Shown here piece by piece: positions 16,401-41,219 of a stretch of 64,000 nt of DNA. The translations under genes and the position numbers were made by a program. Source of the stretch: the human T2T-CHM13v2.0 reference genome, Homo sapiens; NCBI RefSeq assembly GCF_009914755.1, contig NC_060930.1; one strand, given 5' to 3'. Positions within the stretch are counted from its first letter, which is position 1; the number at the start of each line of letters is the position of its first letter. A model generated the notes under the pieces. The model worked only from the letters and a program-made list of their open reading frames with translations, did not search any database and was not told where the DNA came from.

Positions 16401-18314
16401 GTGAGTAGAGAGGGGCTAACTCATACAGTCTTGAGCACTTGTCCCAAGAAATGACATCAAATTCTGTTCAATGGTGAATCCAGTGAAAATTTTGACCATT
16501 TAAAAATTAACCCAACTTTCCTAGAAGTATGGCCCATGAGATAAGAGTTATTTTCTGTCACCTAATCTCCAGACCACACTAAGGTTTGGAGTCTGGCTAC
16601 AAGCACAGCTGTATCTGCTGTAGGACACTAGGGCAAAATCAAAAGGTCATAAGTTGATCAAAATGTATCCATATTTTGGCAAGAGAATGTGGATCTCCAG
16701 GGGAGGAATAGAAGCCTTGGCACACGTCCTTAGCTTGTTGGGGAGCTGAATCTGTGGGGAAAAGAATGGGTTAAATTTTGCCTAGGCTATAAAGTAAATC
16801 GCAGTAAAGTCGGTATCTAATGCATTATGCATGGAAAAAAAGATGCATAAAATGTACATTCCAGTAATTAATTTCAGAAGCTCTTCAGAGGATGTTAACT
16901 CAATTCTATTTGACAAATATCCTTAAGAACTTGAGCTATGTAGTGTGGCAAGCTGAGAAAAAGAAACAACAAGGGCATGCAAAGATTAATACTTCAATCA
17001 ATGTTCATCAAGTGCCATATTAGGGAAATGCTGTGGGAAATCCTGTACATGGGACCTTAGGCCTCTCTCATGGGCCATGTAATAATGTCTCTTCTTATAG
17101 GAGCAGGAGGTTAACAGGCATTGCTCATGTGCCCCATCCTACAGCTGAATTGCCTACCTGCAGTAAGGGAAGGAAAAGGAATGTTGGCAAAGCTTTTTAA
17201 AGACCTTTGCTGAGAAATCATGCTTGCCAGTCAGTATTCCATGCTTCTAGGAATATTGGGAAAAGGCTGTCCCTTTGCATCCCAAATAAGGCAATACGAA
17301 ATTGTAACTGGATGCTACCATGGACACCCAGATTCTATCCAGGAGAACATAAATAGAAGTGATGAGAACACCCTCTCCCTGCTGGAAATACATGTGGGGT
17401 CCCCCTGTGGGGTTTGACTGTAGGTTCAGGGCAAAATGACTCTGTCTTTTCTAAGGCGGCTCCACCAACCCTGAGGTGCAGAAGCTTATGAGTATTGAAG
17501 AATCTTACCTGCAATAAAGGACTGCAAACACTACAAAGGTGGAATACTCAACATTGTGGTTAAACGGGAATAAAGTGAGAGTAAAAGTCTTTGGTTTCTC
17601 TTTTAATGCCCTGCAATGTCTATCTCATCAAGAACCGAAAGAATCTAAGGATGGTCTTGCACACAGGAATTGCAAGGGTTAAGCACTTTCTAAGATCAGG
17701 GATTTACCAAATAAATGACTCTTCCAGGGGCAGAGTCAGCAAACATCTAACAATAAGGCCAGTTAGATACTAAGAATTGATAATCTAGTAAAAATAATAA
17801 CACAAAACATAATTTGATTGTTATTTAAGATTAAGGAGAAGAAACAAGCCATGCAATTGGGAAAAAACAAGAGAAAGATTTCTTCTAAGATATTTGAGGA
17901 ACAATTCGTGAAAAATCACCAAGTTTGGAATTAAATTTTTTTCAATACCTACATATTGCCAAGAGTGGTACAAAAACTGGGAATGTAGGTCTAAAAGGGA
18001 AATAGAAGCAAAATTGAATAGATCTGTTATTTTCCAGTTATATCATAGTGGATAAGTGAGTAAGCCAGCCCACATTCTGTGCTTTAGTCCTCTCATCTAT
18101 AAATTCAACATAAGATGGAATGAGGAATCTTATGAGGATGACTAAACTGATGCCAATATGGTGTTTTGATATCTTTAGCACAAAGAGGGATGAAACACAT
18201 TATTATTGATCCTTTCATTAAACAACTAGTTTAAAGGAGCACTAACATTAAAAAAAAATTATGTTATACTAGTCTTGTATCTGAGATAGGAAAATAGGTT
18301 GCTCTGATGTATTC

Positions 18315-18490
18315 TGTTTTATTTTATATTTTTAATTTTTATTTTAGGTTCAGGGGTACACATGCACATTTGTTATATCAGTAAATTGTGTGTCATGGGA
18401 GTTTGGTGTACAGATTATTTTGTTACTTAGGTAATAAGCATAAGGTCCTAATAGGAACTCTTTCCATCACCACTCTCCTTCCACCCTATA
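18315..18490 (-). mobile_element. Older L1PA (PA13-16-like) 3' end fragment
   Basis: TTTTAGGTTCAGGGGTACACATGCAC...TTTGGTGTACAGATTATTTTG. Confidence 0.7.
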
Positions 18491-18701
18491 CTGTTATATA
18501 TGAACAAGTTTGCATTATATGAGGTCCTAGGATCTTTGGAAGTATAAAATACACTTTATAGAGGGTATAATACTTAAGGCTGTTTTGTTAATTTCAATAG
18601 ATTATAAATTTTCAATATAAGTAAAATTATGAGAAGACACTTAAGAAGACATTGGGTTAGGTGCTGGAAGTATGACAGTAATTAAGAGATCTCTTATTCT
18701 T

Positions 18702-25046
<6,345 letters not shown>

Positions 25047-25999
25047 AGATCTCTTATTCTTAAGGAACCAACAGAGATTAGGAAGAAAGTCACAAGCAAA
25101 TTCATACAGTGAGACTCTATAGTATACACATGTACAAATGAATATGGCAACAGAGGAGGAAAAGCAACAAAATCTATCAAAGAATTCAGGAAAGAGTTTA
25201 CCAAGAAGGTGATATTTGAACTGAACCTTATTGATGGAATTTGCTATCTATAGGCTATGGGATAAGGACAGACCAAGCAGATGAAAGTACATGAAAAGTT
25301 CAGAGATATCAAAGAATGAATGACAAAATGTTCCACATGGCTGGAGCTCAGGTTGCAGGTGTTAGGAAATGGTAGCTAAATAAGAGACCAGTGCTCTTCC
25401 TGCATGGATATTGTCTTTTATTTAAATTATTACTTTATGACATCCAAGCGATTTTTTTTCTGAGAATATTTGTATATGGACTCTTTTTTGCCACAATTTA
25501 TCAACTATTATAGTTCTATATGATAGTTTGAAATAGTTTCCTACATAGTTCACTATCTAAGGATTAAAGTGCATGTAATGATTTCTCTTCTACATAGCTC
25601 ACCTGACTTTATAGTTGATCTAAAATCCCTAATTATGAGATGGTTAATTTGACATTGCTGTAAGCCACTAAATGCTAATTACTTACACCACCTCCAAGGG
25701 GCTTTGTAACCGCATATTTGTAGCAGGGTTTCTGTGTAATAGTTTAGCAGATATTGCAAACTAGTCACAACAAAGAGATGGGATACTTAATTTTTAGATT
25801 TGAAAGTTCACACACCTTATTTGGCTAGAATAGAAAGTTGATAAGGTCACAGGGAAGTGGAGTTTCCTTGCTTCGAAGCCATCAATGCGACACTTATCTA
25901 GAATTAGCTGACTCACAAATGCAGACCCTTAATCAAAAAGGACTTCATGTAAACACGTTTATAAATAACAAAATCATAAATCCCAGGATTGAAGACAGT

Positions 26000-27130
26000 T
26001 CAATTAATCTTAACTGAGTGCATATTTGTCAGGCAGTGCTCTAAGAGATGGAGATATAGCAGTGAGCAAAATGAAATCCTAGCTCTCAAAGGTGTAGGTT
26101 CTAGATGCAGGAGGCCTCCAGGATGTGCACACACACATACATACATGCATATGTACATACATACATACATTACATGTGTGTATACATGAAATGGGGTAAA
26201 GACAATAGAGTGATGAAGGTATGGAGACTGTTTTATGTTCACAATTAGGGAAGGCCTCCTCAGTAAGGTGACATTTTAGGGAAGACCTGAAGTGTAGGAA
26301 TATATCAAACAGCAAGAGCTAAGGTCATGTGTTGTCAACTGTTGCTGGGGAAGAGCCAGGAAGCTGGTGTGATTGGAGCAGAGTCAGGGAAGGGAAGGTG
26401 ATAGAGGGAATATCAGAGCAACATCAGGGCCTAGGTCATATAGAGCCCTGTGGTTCTGGTAAGGATTTTGGATTTGCTCTGAGTAAGATGAGAAGCCTTT
26501 GGAGGGTTAGGAGCAAGAAATGGCATGATCTGATTTATATTTTAAAATGATCACACTGGCTAGTATGGAGAGAAAAGACTATAGGTGATAAGGGTGGAAG
26601 CAGAGGTGCTACTGCAATAATTTAGGGCTGTAGTAGTGTGGGTGGGGAGGTGATGAAAGATTGCTTGATTGTGGATCTATTTTAAAGTCACAAGAACCTA
26701 AGAGTAGGGATTTGATCTGCTTTATTCTCTTCTGTATCTGAAGCTTCCAGAACAGTACCAGGAACACAGTGGGGGCTAATAATTATTTTTAAAATACTAA
26801 GTGAAGACAATGGCTGGCAGATTAGATATAGGGAGTAACAGAAAAAATGGAGTCAAGGAGAGTTTCAATTGGCCTGCACGACACAAAAGTGGAGATAACA
26901 CTTGTTGAGATAATGAAAATTGAGGAGGAACAGGTTTTGGGGTAGGAACGGAGTTTGGTTTTGGCCATGGTAAGCAGGGAGGTAGGTCTCAAATTCAGGG
27001 GTCAGGTCAGATTAGAGATGAACATTTGGAGGTCTTCAAAATGCAAATATATTCATATAAAACTGTAAGACTGGATGATTTCACCCAGGGACAAATGTAA
27101 ATAAAGGAGAGAACCAGGATCCCTGAGGAA
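26000..27130 (-). mobile_element. L2 remnant(s)
   Basis: GGAAGGCCTCCTCAGTAAGGTGACATT, GGTAAGGATTTTGGATTT...GAAGCCTTTGGAGGGTT...GATCACACTGGCT. Confidence 0.75.
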
Positions 27131-28997
27131 CACCAATGTATCATGGTAGCATAGATGATGGAGCCCCACAAAAGAAGTCTGAAACAAAAAGCAATCAGAG
27201 AGGGAGGAGGAGAACCAGAGAAGGATGCCCCATTAGCAAGAGAAGGGGATGCATCTGTCAGGAGGCTCCCTAGGGGTGCCAGTGCAGTGAGAGGCAAGAT
27301 CTCAGACTTCACCAAGAAAAGATTATTGTTATCTTTACAACAGACAACGGGAGAAGAAAAAATAGGAGAATTAAGCAGAGAACATATTTTGAAGATTTGT
27401 TTTTTGCCAATGGAGAAAAAAAAAAGAGAGAGAGGGTAACTGAATAGGAGGATGGGTCAAGAGAATTGCCCAATCATGAGGGAAAACCTGACAATCTGAG
27501 AGATTCAGATAAAAAGACAGCGACAGCTGACAACACAGTAGTTCATGCATAATACAAAGTAAATATTGAAATGATAATCCTTCAAATCTCATTATTCTGT
27601 TTTACTTACTTATCACTGAAATAAAATTGACTTCAAATACATTTGAGGATTGGCTCCCTCCAGCAATACCCCTAATTCTAAAGTATGTTCTTGCCTGTGC
27701 AAACTTAAAACTAACTGCATTATCTTGTCTTTCTCTTTCCTCTTCCTCCCTTATTAATACATAGGTCAGAAATGAACGATCCATCTGAGTTCATTTGGTA
27801 AGGATGCTGGCTGCCAGTCTTTCCCTCAGTTACTCTTTTAGCACTTGTGTATCTCTGGAACAGCTGCCTCCTTTGCTGGGGCAATGCCCTCTTCTCCAGA
27901 CCTCCATCTCCAGGTCCTTACACTCAAAGAGGCAGAGGAATATTTCTTTATTACTACTCCTTGACGGAGAGAAACCTCATAATTATCAGCCAGAATCAAA
28001 ATCTTGGGAGGTGGTTAAATTCTTGCATGGTTTTGCTGAATCTAGTATGAAGGATGAATTACTTAAAGGCAAGTAAATTGCTACAATAACTTAAAAGTTC
28101 ACACTATCATTTCTGAAACTAGCAGAAGGACCCCTAAGCATGTTAATTGGGATGGCTCCATCAAATAAACTCATCATGCAAAGAAAGCAATAAACCTTAA
28201 GATATTTGGGAAATTTGTATCTAATGAGAAACATTTCAGTTTAATTTGTTTCACTCAAGCTTACCTTGTTCAAGGCACTATGAGGAGTTGTGTGAAATGT
28301 ACAATTGAATGAGAAATAATTCCTGTCATTTTAGAAGGAAAATCCCAAAGCAATAAGTATACAATTATTTATAGCAATCCCAATACCCAACACACCACAC
28401 ACAAACACTCTCTCTCTCCCCGCCCCCAACACACACACAAACAGACACACACACACACGATTAATTATTCTCCAAATGCATTAAGCGTTTTTATGTCTAG
28501 CGTTTCTGCATAGCCATTCTAACTTTCAAAGCACCCTTCCTCCAGTTCTCTGCTGTTGAAATGCTACTTATCCTTCAAGATTCAGTTTCCAGAGAACTTG
28601 TGGGTTTCTCCAATGAGCATTAATCCCTCCTTCCCTATTTTTGCAACTGAACTATTTTACTATTGATATGTACATATCTGCTCACCCCGTCAGATTGTGA
28701 ACACATTGAAGATAGCTATTATATCTTACAATGCTTTAAATCCCCTCAGTGTCTAGCCAGGTGCCATATCCATAAGAGTGTAATATAGTTTTGTAGAACT
28801 AAATTGTTTCATTGATCATCAGCCTGAGGAAGCTCAATCAAGGACAAAAAGCCTACATAATTGTTGGGGTCCCAGTAATGTTGTTTAGAATTTATTAATC
28901 TATGCCAGGAACTATGCTAAGAGCTACTTATAAAGTACATCTAATTATTACTTTAAACCCTATAACATCCCCTTTGAGATATATTTTACTAAGCATC

Positions 28998-32413
<3,416 letters not shown>

Positions 32414-32633
32414 GTGTATTTTTATGGAATACATAAAAGGTAACTCTTGTGAGTTATGACTTTGAGAAAAAAATAAATAAATAAATAAATAAATAAATAA
32501 ATATTAAGACAGAGTCCAATCAAAAGCAAAAGGCAAAACAAGTTAGTTCCAAGTGACCTCATTTCAAAACTTGAACAAATGAGCAGCACATTGAGTTTCC
32601 AGGCAGACTACATGTTAAGAAATTGTATTGCAT

Positions 32634-32999
<366 letters not shown>

Positions 33000-33799
33000 T
33001 CATTTGCTTTTTCTCCTGCTTTAGAGACACATGGTTTGAGCTTTCAAAAAAATTAATGATTTTCTGTAGTATGATTTCTCCTTTCAGTTAGATGAGCTTC
33101 TTTGAAATCAACATTATAGGACACCTAGTAAGTAAGGGGTGTTTCGGTCACTGGCAACTCTTCAGACAGCACTTGCCTGTATGTTTAAGGCTTAGCAGTG
33201 TTTTTCACAATTCTTGCTTCTCACAGCTCAAAATATAATTCTCCTCTTTCCTCTTGATCCTGTAGTTCCCTATATTTCAGTTCATTTTTTCCAGTGACGA
33301 CTCAGAAATAAAATTCAGCTGTCTTTGTGCTGCTGCTCTTTCTTCCTTTGTGTTGTGCTTCTATTGTGTTGCTCAAAGTTCCATGGTGAAGTCCCTCTCT
33401 CTGAAGCACTGTAGGTTTTTCTATAACAGCACTTAGTTTAATTATCTGCTATGTAATTTTATGTTAATTTGTGTCTTTTATCCACTAGACCAGGAGTCCC
33501 TTAAGAGCAGAAACTGGATCTTTTATCCTTGTATCCTCTATAACTAGAACAGTGCCTGTCTCACAGGAGGTACTCAATAAACACTTACAGAGTAAATGTA
33601 AGAATCTGGAGCAAGAGGACTCAGATTGAGTTGACGCCCTGCAATTTCCTCATATGTTGAATATAATAATAACTTTCTCTTCCAATAATTTTATTAATTG
33701 AGATGAAGCTGTGTAAAATGCTTTATATATTAAAAGGTATACATGCATGCCTATGTTACTGTGTTAACTCAAAGATTTGCTGTAGAAAATGTTATGGGG

Positions 33800-34028
33800 G
33801 ATGGTTCTCAATCTAGAGCAATTTTACCCCCCAGGAGATATTTGGCAATGTCAGGAGACATGTTTGGTTGTCACATTTGTTGGAGGAGGGGTTGGATACT
33901 GGCATCTAGTGGATAGGGACCAGCCATGCCATATGTGTACTATACATCATGCAATGAACAGCAAAGCACCATACAACAAGGAATTATCTGGCTCAAATTG
34001 TCAGTGGTTCCAATGTTGAGAAACCCTG
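33800..34028. mobile_element. MER20 (hAT-Charlie)
   Basis: GGTTCTCAA...TTTGGCAATGTCAGGAGACA...ACTGGCATCTAGTGG...GTTGAGAAACCCTG. Confidence 0.8.
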
Positions 34029-34199
34029 GCTCAAACTTAAAAATATATGATAGGTAAAACATTTTCATTAGTATATTTGCCACTAGACGATTAACTGAGT
34101 TTTAGCTTTTTTGTATGTAAACAGGGGTCATCATATTAATTTACTTGTAACCATTAGAGTAACGCCTTATCTTTCACAATATAAATATACTTTCTTACT

Positions 34200-34628
34200 C
34201 TCTGTTTAGCCAACAGTAATCTATATATGGAGACACCTGGTTTCCTCTCCTTCCAGGCCCACAGTAAGCTTATACATCCCTATATCCCATATATGTAGAC
34301 AGATCTTCATGACTAGTTTTAACCAATGTCTTGCATATTTAAGTGATGTGCATTACTTCTGGGCCAAAGCACTTAATGGCTGGTGCAACCTGTCCAGTCC
34401 TCTCTTGCCCTGGCTTAGTGATTATGGACACTGCAGTTGAGACGGTGACATCACAGGATGGAAGTAGCCTGGATTCCAACTAACACATGGTACACAGCTG
34501 CCTAGAGATGGGCCCAAACCTATACTAGATTTCACAAGACTGAAAATAAACCTTTTCCAGGTTAAGCAACTGTAATTTCAGGATTGTTTGTTAATGAAGT
34601 TTAATGTAGATTTATCTGATTACTATAT
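34200..34628. mobile_element. Old MaLR LTR (MLT1J/K-like)
   Basis: AAGTGATGTGCATTACTTCTGGGCC...CACAGGATGGAAGTAGCCTGGATTCC...AAAATAAACC. Confidence 0.55.
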
Positions 34629-34829
34629 CACCTTAAAGGGACAACAATTTTGGTTGTATTCAGCACTTTATACTCTAGTTGAACAATTCCTGGGATAGAA
34701 CAGGTGTTCAGAAATATTTTAGTACCAAATTGGTAAAAGGTAAAGGGAATTATTAACTCAGTTTTATTTTTCTTTTCAGAATATATCTGTCCAATTATGA
34801 CTAGTATGCTGGGTCTGGCCTCATGGTTT

Positions 34830-35338
34830 TAAAACTGGCCCAAGTGTCCCATGGAACTGATGTTTATGGTCTATTTTGAATAAGCATAAAAATTGATCCT
34901 CCCACTCTTGAAACTTGAGAAAGTTACATTTGTCTTATCTGAGTTCCTTTCTCAGGAACCAACCATCAGGCCTCCCATATTGTATCAAGGAACTGAAACT
35001 TACCAGATCACTGCATCTGGACAATGAAAGCACAGGTGCCTTACCTGTCATGATTGCCTGACTAATTGATTCCTGTTAACCAACTCCTCTTCCTTACCCC
35101 TTCCTAATTCCTGTTTTCCCACACATGCTTACAATTCTTCCCTACAATATAAACCCCTAATTTTAGTCAGTCGGGGAGATGGATTTGAGACTGATCTCCC
35201 GTCTCCTTAACTACAGCACCTGATTAAAGCCTTCTTTCCTGGCAATACTTGTCTCAGTGACTGGCTTTCTGTGCAGCAAGCAACAGTACCTAGACTGCAG
35301 CAAGCAACAGGACCTCGACCTAGACCGACTTGGTAACA
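34830..35338 (+). mobile_element. ERV1 MER4-group solo LTR
   Basis: GTCCCATGGAACTGATGTTTATGG...CTTGAGAAAGTTACATTTGTCTTATCTGAG...ATTAAAGCC...GGTAACA; 4-bp TSD GTTT; small tandem duplication near the 3' end (35273-35325). Confidence 0.75.
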
Positions 35339-36023
35339 GTTTTGTTTTCAAAAGGTCAGAGCCTGGAAATTTTGACTGTGACATTTTGTGATGTATAATC
35401 CTTCAACACACATTTAAATAATGTGTATCAAATCTTGAAACCCCCTTGATCTTCCCACTGACCCAAAATGCCATAACCACATACACTGGACAATACACTG
35501 TGGACACTTCATGTTCTTTTGCTACAAGGAAATTCCTAGGTAAATTAGTTATGAGTTCCAGGACATTTGCTGTCACTACTCAGCAGGCTTGCATTTGCAA
35601 AGCTTGCCCTCTTGAGGCCAAACAGTTCCAATTTATAAATTGTTATGCCTGGATAATAGAGATTAGTCTACATATCTCTTTAAAGCTACTGACTGATGAG
35701 GGCCAGAATCTGTGGCATTGCAGACTGGTGAAGAGCAAGGACTCTAAAATAGGATGTCTGGGTTTGTGTCTGGGAGTTACTACCTCTTGTCAGTATCATC
35801 ATGAACTTCCTTTCCTTTATCCATAAAATATGGATTATAAAAGTACCCATGTTACAGTGATGTTCAATTAAGTGTATTAATACATGTACAGGGTTTAAAA
35901 TAATATTTACCACACAACAAGTGTTTAAATAAAATGAACTAATATTATGTACAGTGACACTAAACTAGTATCTAGACATGATTTACTCATAGGGCTATAT
36001 TAACTAGACAAGCAGCTGCTATT

Positions 36024-36179
36024 TTTTTTTTTTTTTTTGAGACGTAGTCTTACTCTGTCGCCAGGCTGGAGTGCAGTGGCGCAAACTCAGCTCACCGCAA
36101 CCTCCACCTCCCAGGTTCAAGCATTCTCCTCCCTCAATCTCCCGAGTAGCTGGGACTACAAGTGTGCACCACTACACCC
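36024..36179 (-). mobile_element. 5'-truncated Alu (right arm only)
   Basis: Poly-T plus right monomer; 13-bp TSD AGCAGCTGCTATT (36011, 36180). Confidence 0.92.
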
Positions 36180-37294
36180 AGCAGCTGCTATTCTTAAAGG
36201 GGCTATATGTTTATCAACTAACATTTCAAAATGTATTTGAAACAGATAAAAATAAAAGTCTCAACACATGATTATAATCTGTGTTGAAATGTGCCTCCCA
36301 AGTCATATAATTCTATACATGACTCCATAAAGCCATGAAGACATTCATACATGACAGACTAAGATGTGTAAATATTCACATGCCAAATTATATTCTTGAA
36401 TGATTTAGAGAGAAAAGAGGCATTTATTAAATATTCTTTCTCCCATTTTTTCTATTTCCTTTCAAAATTTCCAGGCAATCGAATAAACATTGCAATGACT
36501 TTTTTAGACATGAAAATCATATTGCAGATAAATAAAATAAATTTATTCAAAAATGGCCTTTAGCAGATCCAAAAAGTATATTCAAATCAATATAAGAATA
36601 AGTTGTAAAATTGACCTTTGTGCATTCTCTGGAAGATTTGGTCAACTAGCTCTGTGAATAAATAATTTAAAAAAATGCATCCTGCCTGCACACCACCGTG
36701 GGGCCTCCCCAAAGAGCATGCAATATAAAATATAATATCCTAAACTGAAAAGAGATTATAATCATATTTGGCTCTCTGATATCATGAATATAAGATTCTC
36801 CTGCACAATGTAGAAACAGAAGGCAATAAACAGAATTGTCCATACTGGCTAGAATTCCATTTATATTTTGCCAAGCTTTTCTACATTAATTGTGGCAAAT
36901 TATGTGAAATAAACATAGAATTACAATGGAAATAGTTAGGTAAGAATACGTAACCTGTAAAAAATTATTGTAAAATGTAATTGCCTGATATATTTAAGGT
37001 ATTTATAATTACTTAAAATCATGTTACTAATAGGGGCACTTTTCTGCTTTTGTTCTTAATCACATTACTATAGAAACCTAAGAAAAATGAGAAGTTGATC
37101 ATTCAAACAGAAGATATTGAGAAAACACACACATACACAGCAATGAACTCTGCAGGGCACACAGTAAGTATTCAATAGCTTCTTAAAGTAAGATTAATTT
37201 TTGCATATTTTACACATCTGCATGTTTACAAATATTATCTATATATCACTTTGTGCAGAAATCAGGGCATATATTCTAACTGCAGTTAAAGCAT

Positions 37295-37562
37295 AGACAT
37301 TAAAAAAAAGATAAAGAAGAAAATCCTACCATTTACAACAACATGGATGAACTTAGAGGACACCACGGTGGGTGACATAACACAGTCACAGAAGGACAAG
37401 TACTGCATGATTCTGCTTATATGAGGTATATGAAATAATCAAATTAATAGATTCAGAGAGTAGAATGGTGGTTGCTATGAGCTGGGGTATGGAAAAATGG
37501 GGAGTTGTTCAGTGAGTATAAAGTCTCAGTTGTACAAGATAAATATGTCTAGAGATCTTCTG
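37295..37562 (+). mobile_element. L1MB-like 3' fragment
   Basis: CAACATGGATGAACTTAGAGGACA...CAGAAGGACAAGTACTGCATGATTC. Confidence 0.75.
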
Positions 37563-37883
37563 TCACTGAGAAGATTTAAACAGGGTTGAGGCATGATTTG
37601 ATTTTAATTTTATAAATATTATTCTGATTTCTGTTAAATATGGTAAGTTGAACACATGCGTTTATCATCATTTGCTTTGAAAATTCCAGTAACATGACAA
37701 GAGATTAATTTAAAAAGTTGCAAACTCAAAAGATCAAATTAGGCCAGGAGATGGAACAATAGGAAATGAGAAATAGCTACACGTACTTTGAAGGTGGAAA
37801 GCATACAGACAGTGGTAACTGACACACAGATGAGACTGCAGAAGTCTAGGCATTCATGAGACACTTATAAGAAACAAGGGAAT

Positions 37884-38240
37884 TGGATTTTTCTGTTATC
37901 ACACTACTAATAAAGACATACCTGAGAATGGATAATTTATAAAGGAAAGAGGTTTAATTGACTCACAGTTCCACATGCCTGGGGAGGCCTCACAGTCATG
38001 GCAGAAGGCGAATGAGGAGCTAAGTCACATCTTACATGGAAGCAGGCAAGAGAGCTTGTGCACGGGATCTCCCATTTATAAAACCATAAGATCTCGTGAG
38101 ACTTATTCACTATGATGAGGACAGCATGGGAAAAACCTGCCCCTATGATTCAATTATCTCCATCTGGCCCCACCCTTGACATGTGTGGATTATTACAATT
38201 CAAGGTGAGATTTGGGTGGGGACACAGCCAAACCATAGCA
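37884..38240. mobile_element. THE1 (C/D-like) solo LTR
   Basis: AATAAAGACATACCTGAGA...GGTTTAATTGACTCACAGTTCCAC...GGGGACACAGCCAAACCATAGCA; TSD GGAAT. Confidence 0.88.
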
Positions 38241-40402
38241 GGAATTTATAGTGCAAACCTAGAAAAGCTCAGGAACTGAACAAACAGATTCTAATGAAGG
38301 CAAATGGAGACTGTAAGGTGGACTCTCCACAGTTTAGAGTTAGTTTAAAGTCACTATTAAGTTCAATTACTTGCTGAGACCTTTTCTGCATTCTGGTACA
38401 ACAGACTACTACCCATTCATACTCCTAAAAAATACATAAGGTTGTTATCAGGGAGAATTGCACTGGAGAGGACATCAAGTAGGGTGCAATGAAGGGCAAA
38501 GTACCATACTGATAGAGGGTTAGTGGGTGAAAGGCTGTGTACTGAACATTGAGAATTCCATGCCCTCTAGCTAGACACCAGGCTTATTTCTCTCATAAAG
38601 GAGACTCAGATTCTTTCCTGGAGAAAATGAGCAGCCAAAGAGGAAAGATCTAAAAGATCTATAGATACTGACATGGAGTGGGGCAACAAAGTAGGCGGGT
38701 CTCCCTTCCAGCTATCCTGCAGTAAAACTTACCAGGCAATAATCCCTTGCCATGCTCACAGAACTTTCAGTTAATGATAGTGCTTCACTCTTGAATCAAT
38801 GTAGTATTTGGCATTTAAGGATAGCCTCCCATATATAAGACAGAGACATAATAAAGAGTAAAAAACTCCAAGAAACAGAGAAGCATAGAAAGCAGAACAA
38901 AAAACTTTAAAAAGAGAGAAAGAGAAAGCAATCAATGGTTCGGTGAAATATGAGAAAATATTTTTTTGTTTAAAATAAAACACACTATTTGAAAAAAGAA
39001 CTATCAAAGAACAAAGAAGAGTTCTTAGAAATAAAAAATATGATTGCAAAAATGAAAAGTCAACAGAAAATCATCTAGATAGAACCCAAAAATGGGGGAA
39101 AAAAGGAAAAAAAATGTAACATAGCTGAAATAAATTCCATAATTTTTAAGAAAATATTTATTCCTCTTCCCTGAAAGGTGGAGGATATTTTCTTACTACA
39201 TGGAGGATGGGCTAGGGCCACCAAGCCCTGCTTGTGTGTAGAAAGGACAGCGTGCTGGTTATAAACCAAATTCATAAGAGGCATGTGAGTTTCTTTTGGC
39301 TTAATTAAACATCTGTCATTCAAGCCAGTGGCCCAAGAAAGAAGACAAAGACAAAGAGGAAATGTCTCTGATCAGCCAAGTTCAGCTGACTCTAGCCAAT
39401 CTTTGCAGAGCTGCAACCAAGTGCAGACTGATGAGTAAGAAAATAAATGCATGTTATTGCATGACACTGAGCTCGAGAGAGGTTTCTTATACAGCATTAT
39501 TTTAACAATAACTAATTTAAGACAAAAAATAAGAATCCTAAACAAATAAAAAGAATCAACCCAGAAGTTGAAACAACCGGCTAATATAAGTTTCAGAAAG
39601 AAAGCATCAAGAAAATTAAGGGGAAGAATTTATAAAATAAATAATGTAAGAAAAACTTTCAGAATTGGGTGACATAAATTTCTATATTCAAGGAGTCCAG
39701 TGATTACAAAAAGATACACACCAAGGTATATCTTATGGAATTTCAGAATATCAAGGGTAAAGAAGGATAAAACCTTCTTCTAGACAAAATATGATCAGAA
39801 TGGCATTGGACTTATGAGAACAATGCTGAAAGCAAAAAATTAATAAATAAATGTCTTTGAAATTAAAATTGAGAGCATAAAAAATTCTGATATAAAATTA
39901 TATAGCTATTCAAAAGTTAAGTCAAATGTGAAGGTGGAGTAATGGTATTTTCAAGCATATAAGGACTCAAAAATATTTACTTTCAAAGCATATTTTCTCA
40001 GGAAGTTATTAAAGAATATGCTCTAGTAAGATGAGGTAGACTGGAGATCCAAGAAGTCAGAAATCCAGAAGAGAAGTGAAGAAAAATCTGGAGTGATGGG
40101 TAAGAAAATATCCAGAACAATAGCTGTGTAAGCCAGCCTAAGAGCTTTCAATCCCAATTACAGTAGGACACTGAAAGGCTGTAGGAGGAATATCTCCACA
40201 AAAACATGGTATTTCATTAATTTTACCTTCTGCATATTATCTCACTATATAAATAAATCAGTTTCTTCATTCCTCTTGAGTGAGGAATGATCAGGTTTCT
40301 GCTTTTTCCCTATTACAATCAATAAAGCAATTAATACATGACTTCTTGTGAACAATTTTAAGAGGTTGGTTTTTGTTTTTAGTGTAGATAATGAATTATT
40401 GA

Positions 40403-41139
40403 GTGCAATGATAATTTTGTGTTTTATCTTGGTTAGTCCAAGGTACTCGGATATTTAGTCAAACACTTTGGTGTTGCTTTCAAGGTATTTTTAAGATGAG
40501 ATTAAGGTTTGTCTTAGTCCATTTTGTGCTGCCATAATATAATACCTGAAACTGGGTAATTTATAATGAACAGAAATATCTTGACTCATAGTTCTGCTGG
40601 CTGAGAAGTCCAGTATCAAAGCATCTGATAAGGGCCTTCTTGCTGCGTTATCCCACGGCAGAAGGTGAGACAGCAAGAGAGCAAGAGGGGACGATACTTA
40701 TCCTTCTGTAATCACATTAATCCCACTAATGAGGCCAGAGCCTTCATGCCTTAATCACCTCTTAAAGTTCCCACTCCTTAATACTGTCAATGGCAATTAA
40801 ATTTCAACATGAGATTTTGAGGGGACATTCAAACTATAGTAATATTTAAATCAGAAGACTTTGAGTAAATTACCCTTCATAATGTGGGTGGGCATCTTTT
40901 AATCAGCTGAAAGCCATAAGGAAAAGATTGACTTCCCATGAAGAAGACAGATTTCTGCCAGCCAACTGCCTTCAGCCTTGAGCTATAACATCCATTTTTT
41001 TTCCTGGGTTCCAGCCTGCCAATCTACCTTGCAGATTCTGGACCTGCAGATTTTGGAGTTGCTAGCCTGTACAATTACATGAGCCAATTCCTTAAAATCT
41101 CTCTCTCTACCTTCCAATAGGATGTATATAAAACCAATA

Positions 41140-41184
<45 letters not shown>

Positions 41185-41218
41185 GTCGCTTCTTTCTCTG
41201 GAGATGCTGACTAATACA
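40403..41218. mobile_element. MLT2 LTR with a nested MST-type LTR (~40510-40841) and (CA)n (41143-41181)
   Basis: MLT2 sequence (GATATTTAGTCAAACA...GATGAGATTAA | TTTAAATCAG...TGACTAATACA) is interrupted by TGTCTTAGTCCATTTTGTGCTGC...GACATTCAAACTATAG. Confidence 0.75.
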
Positions 41219-41219
41219 T

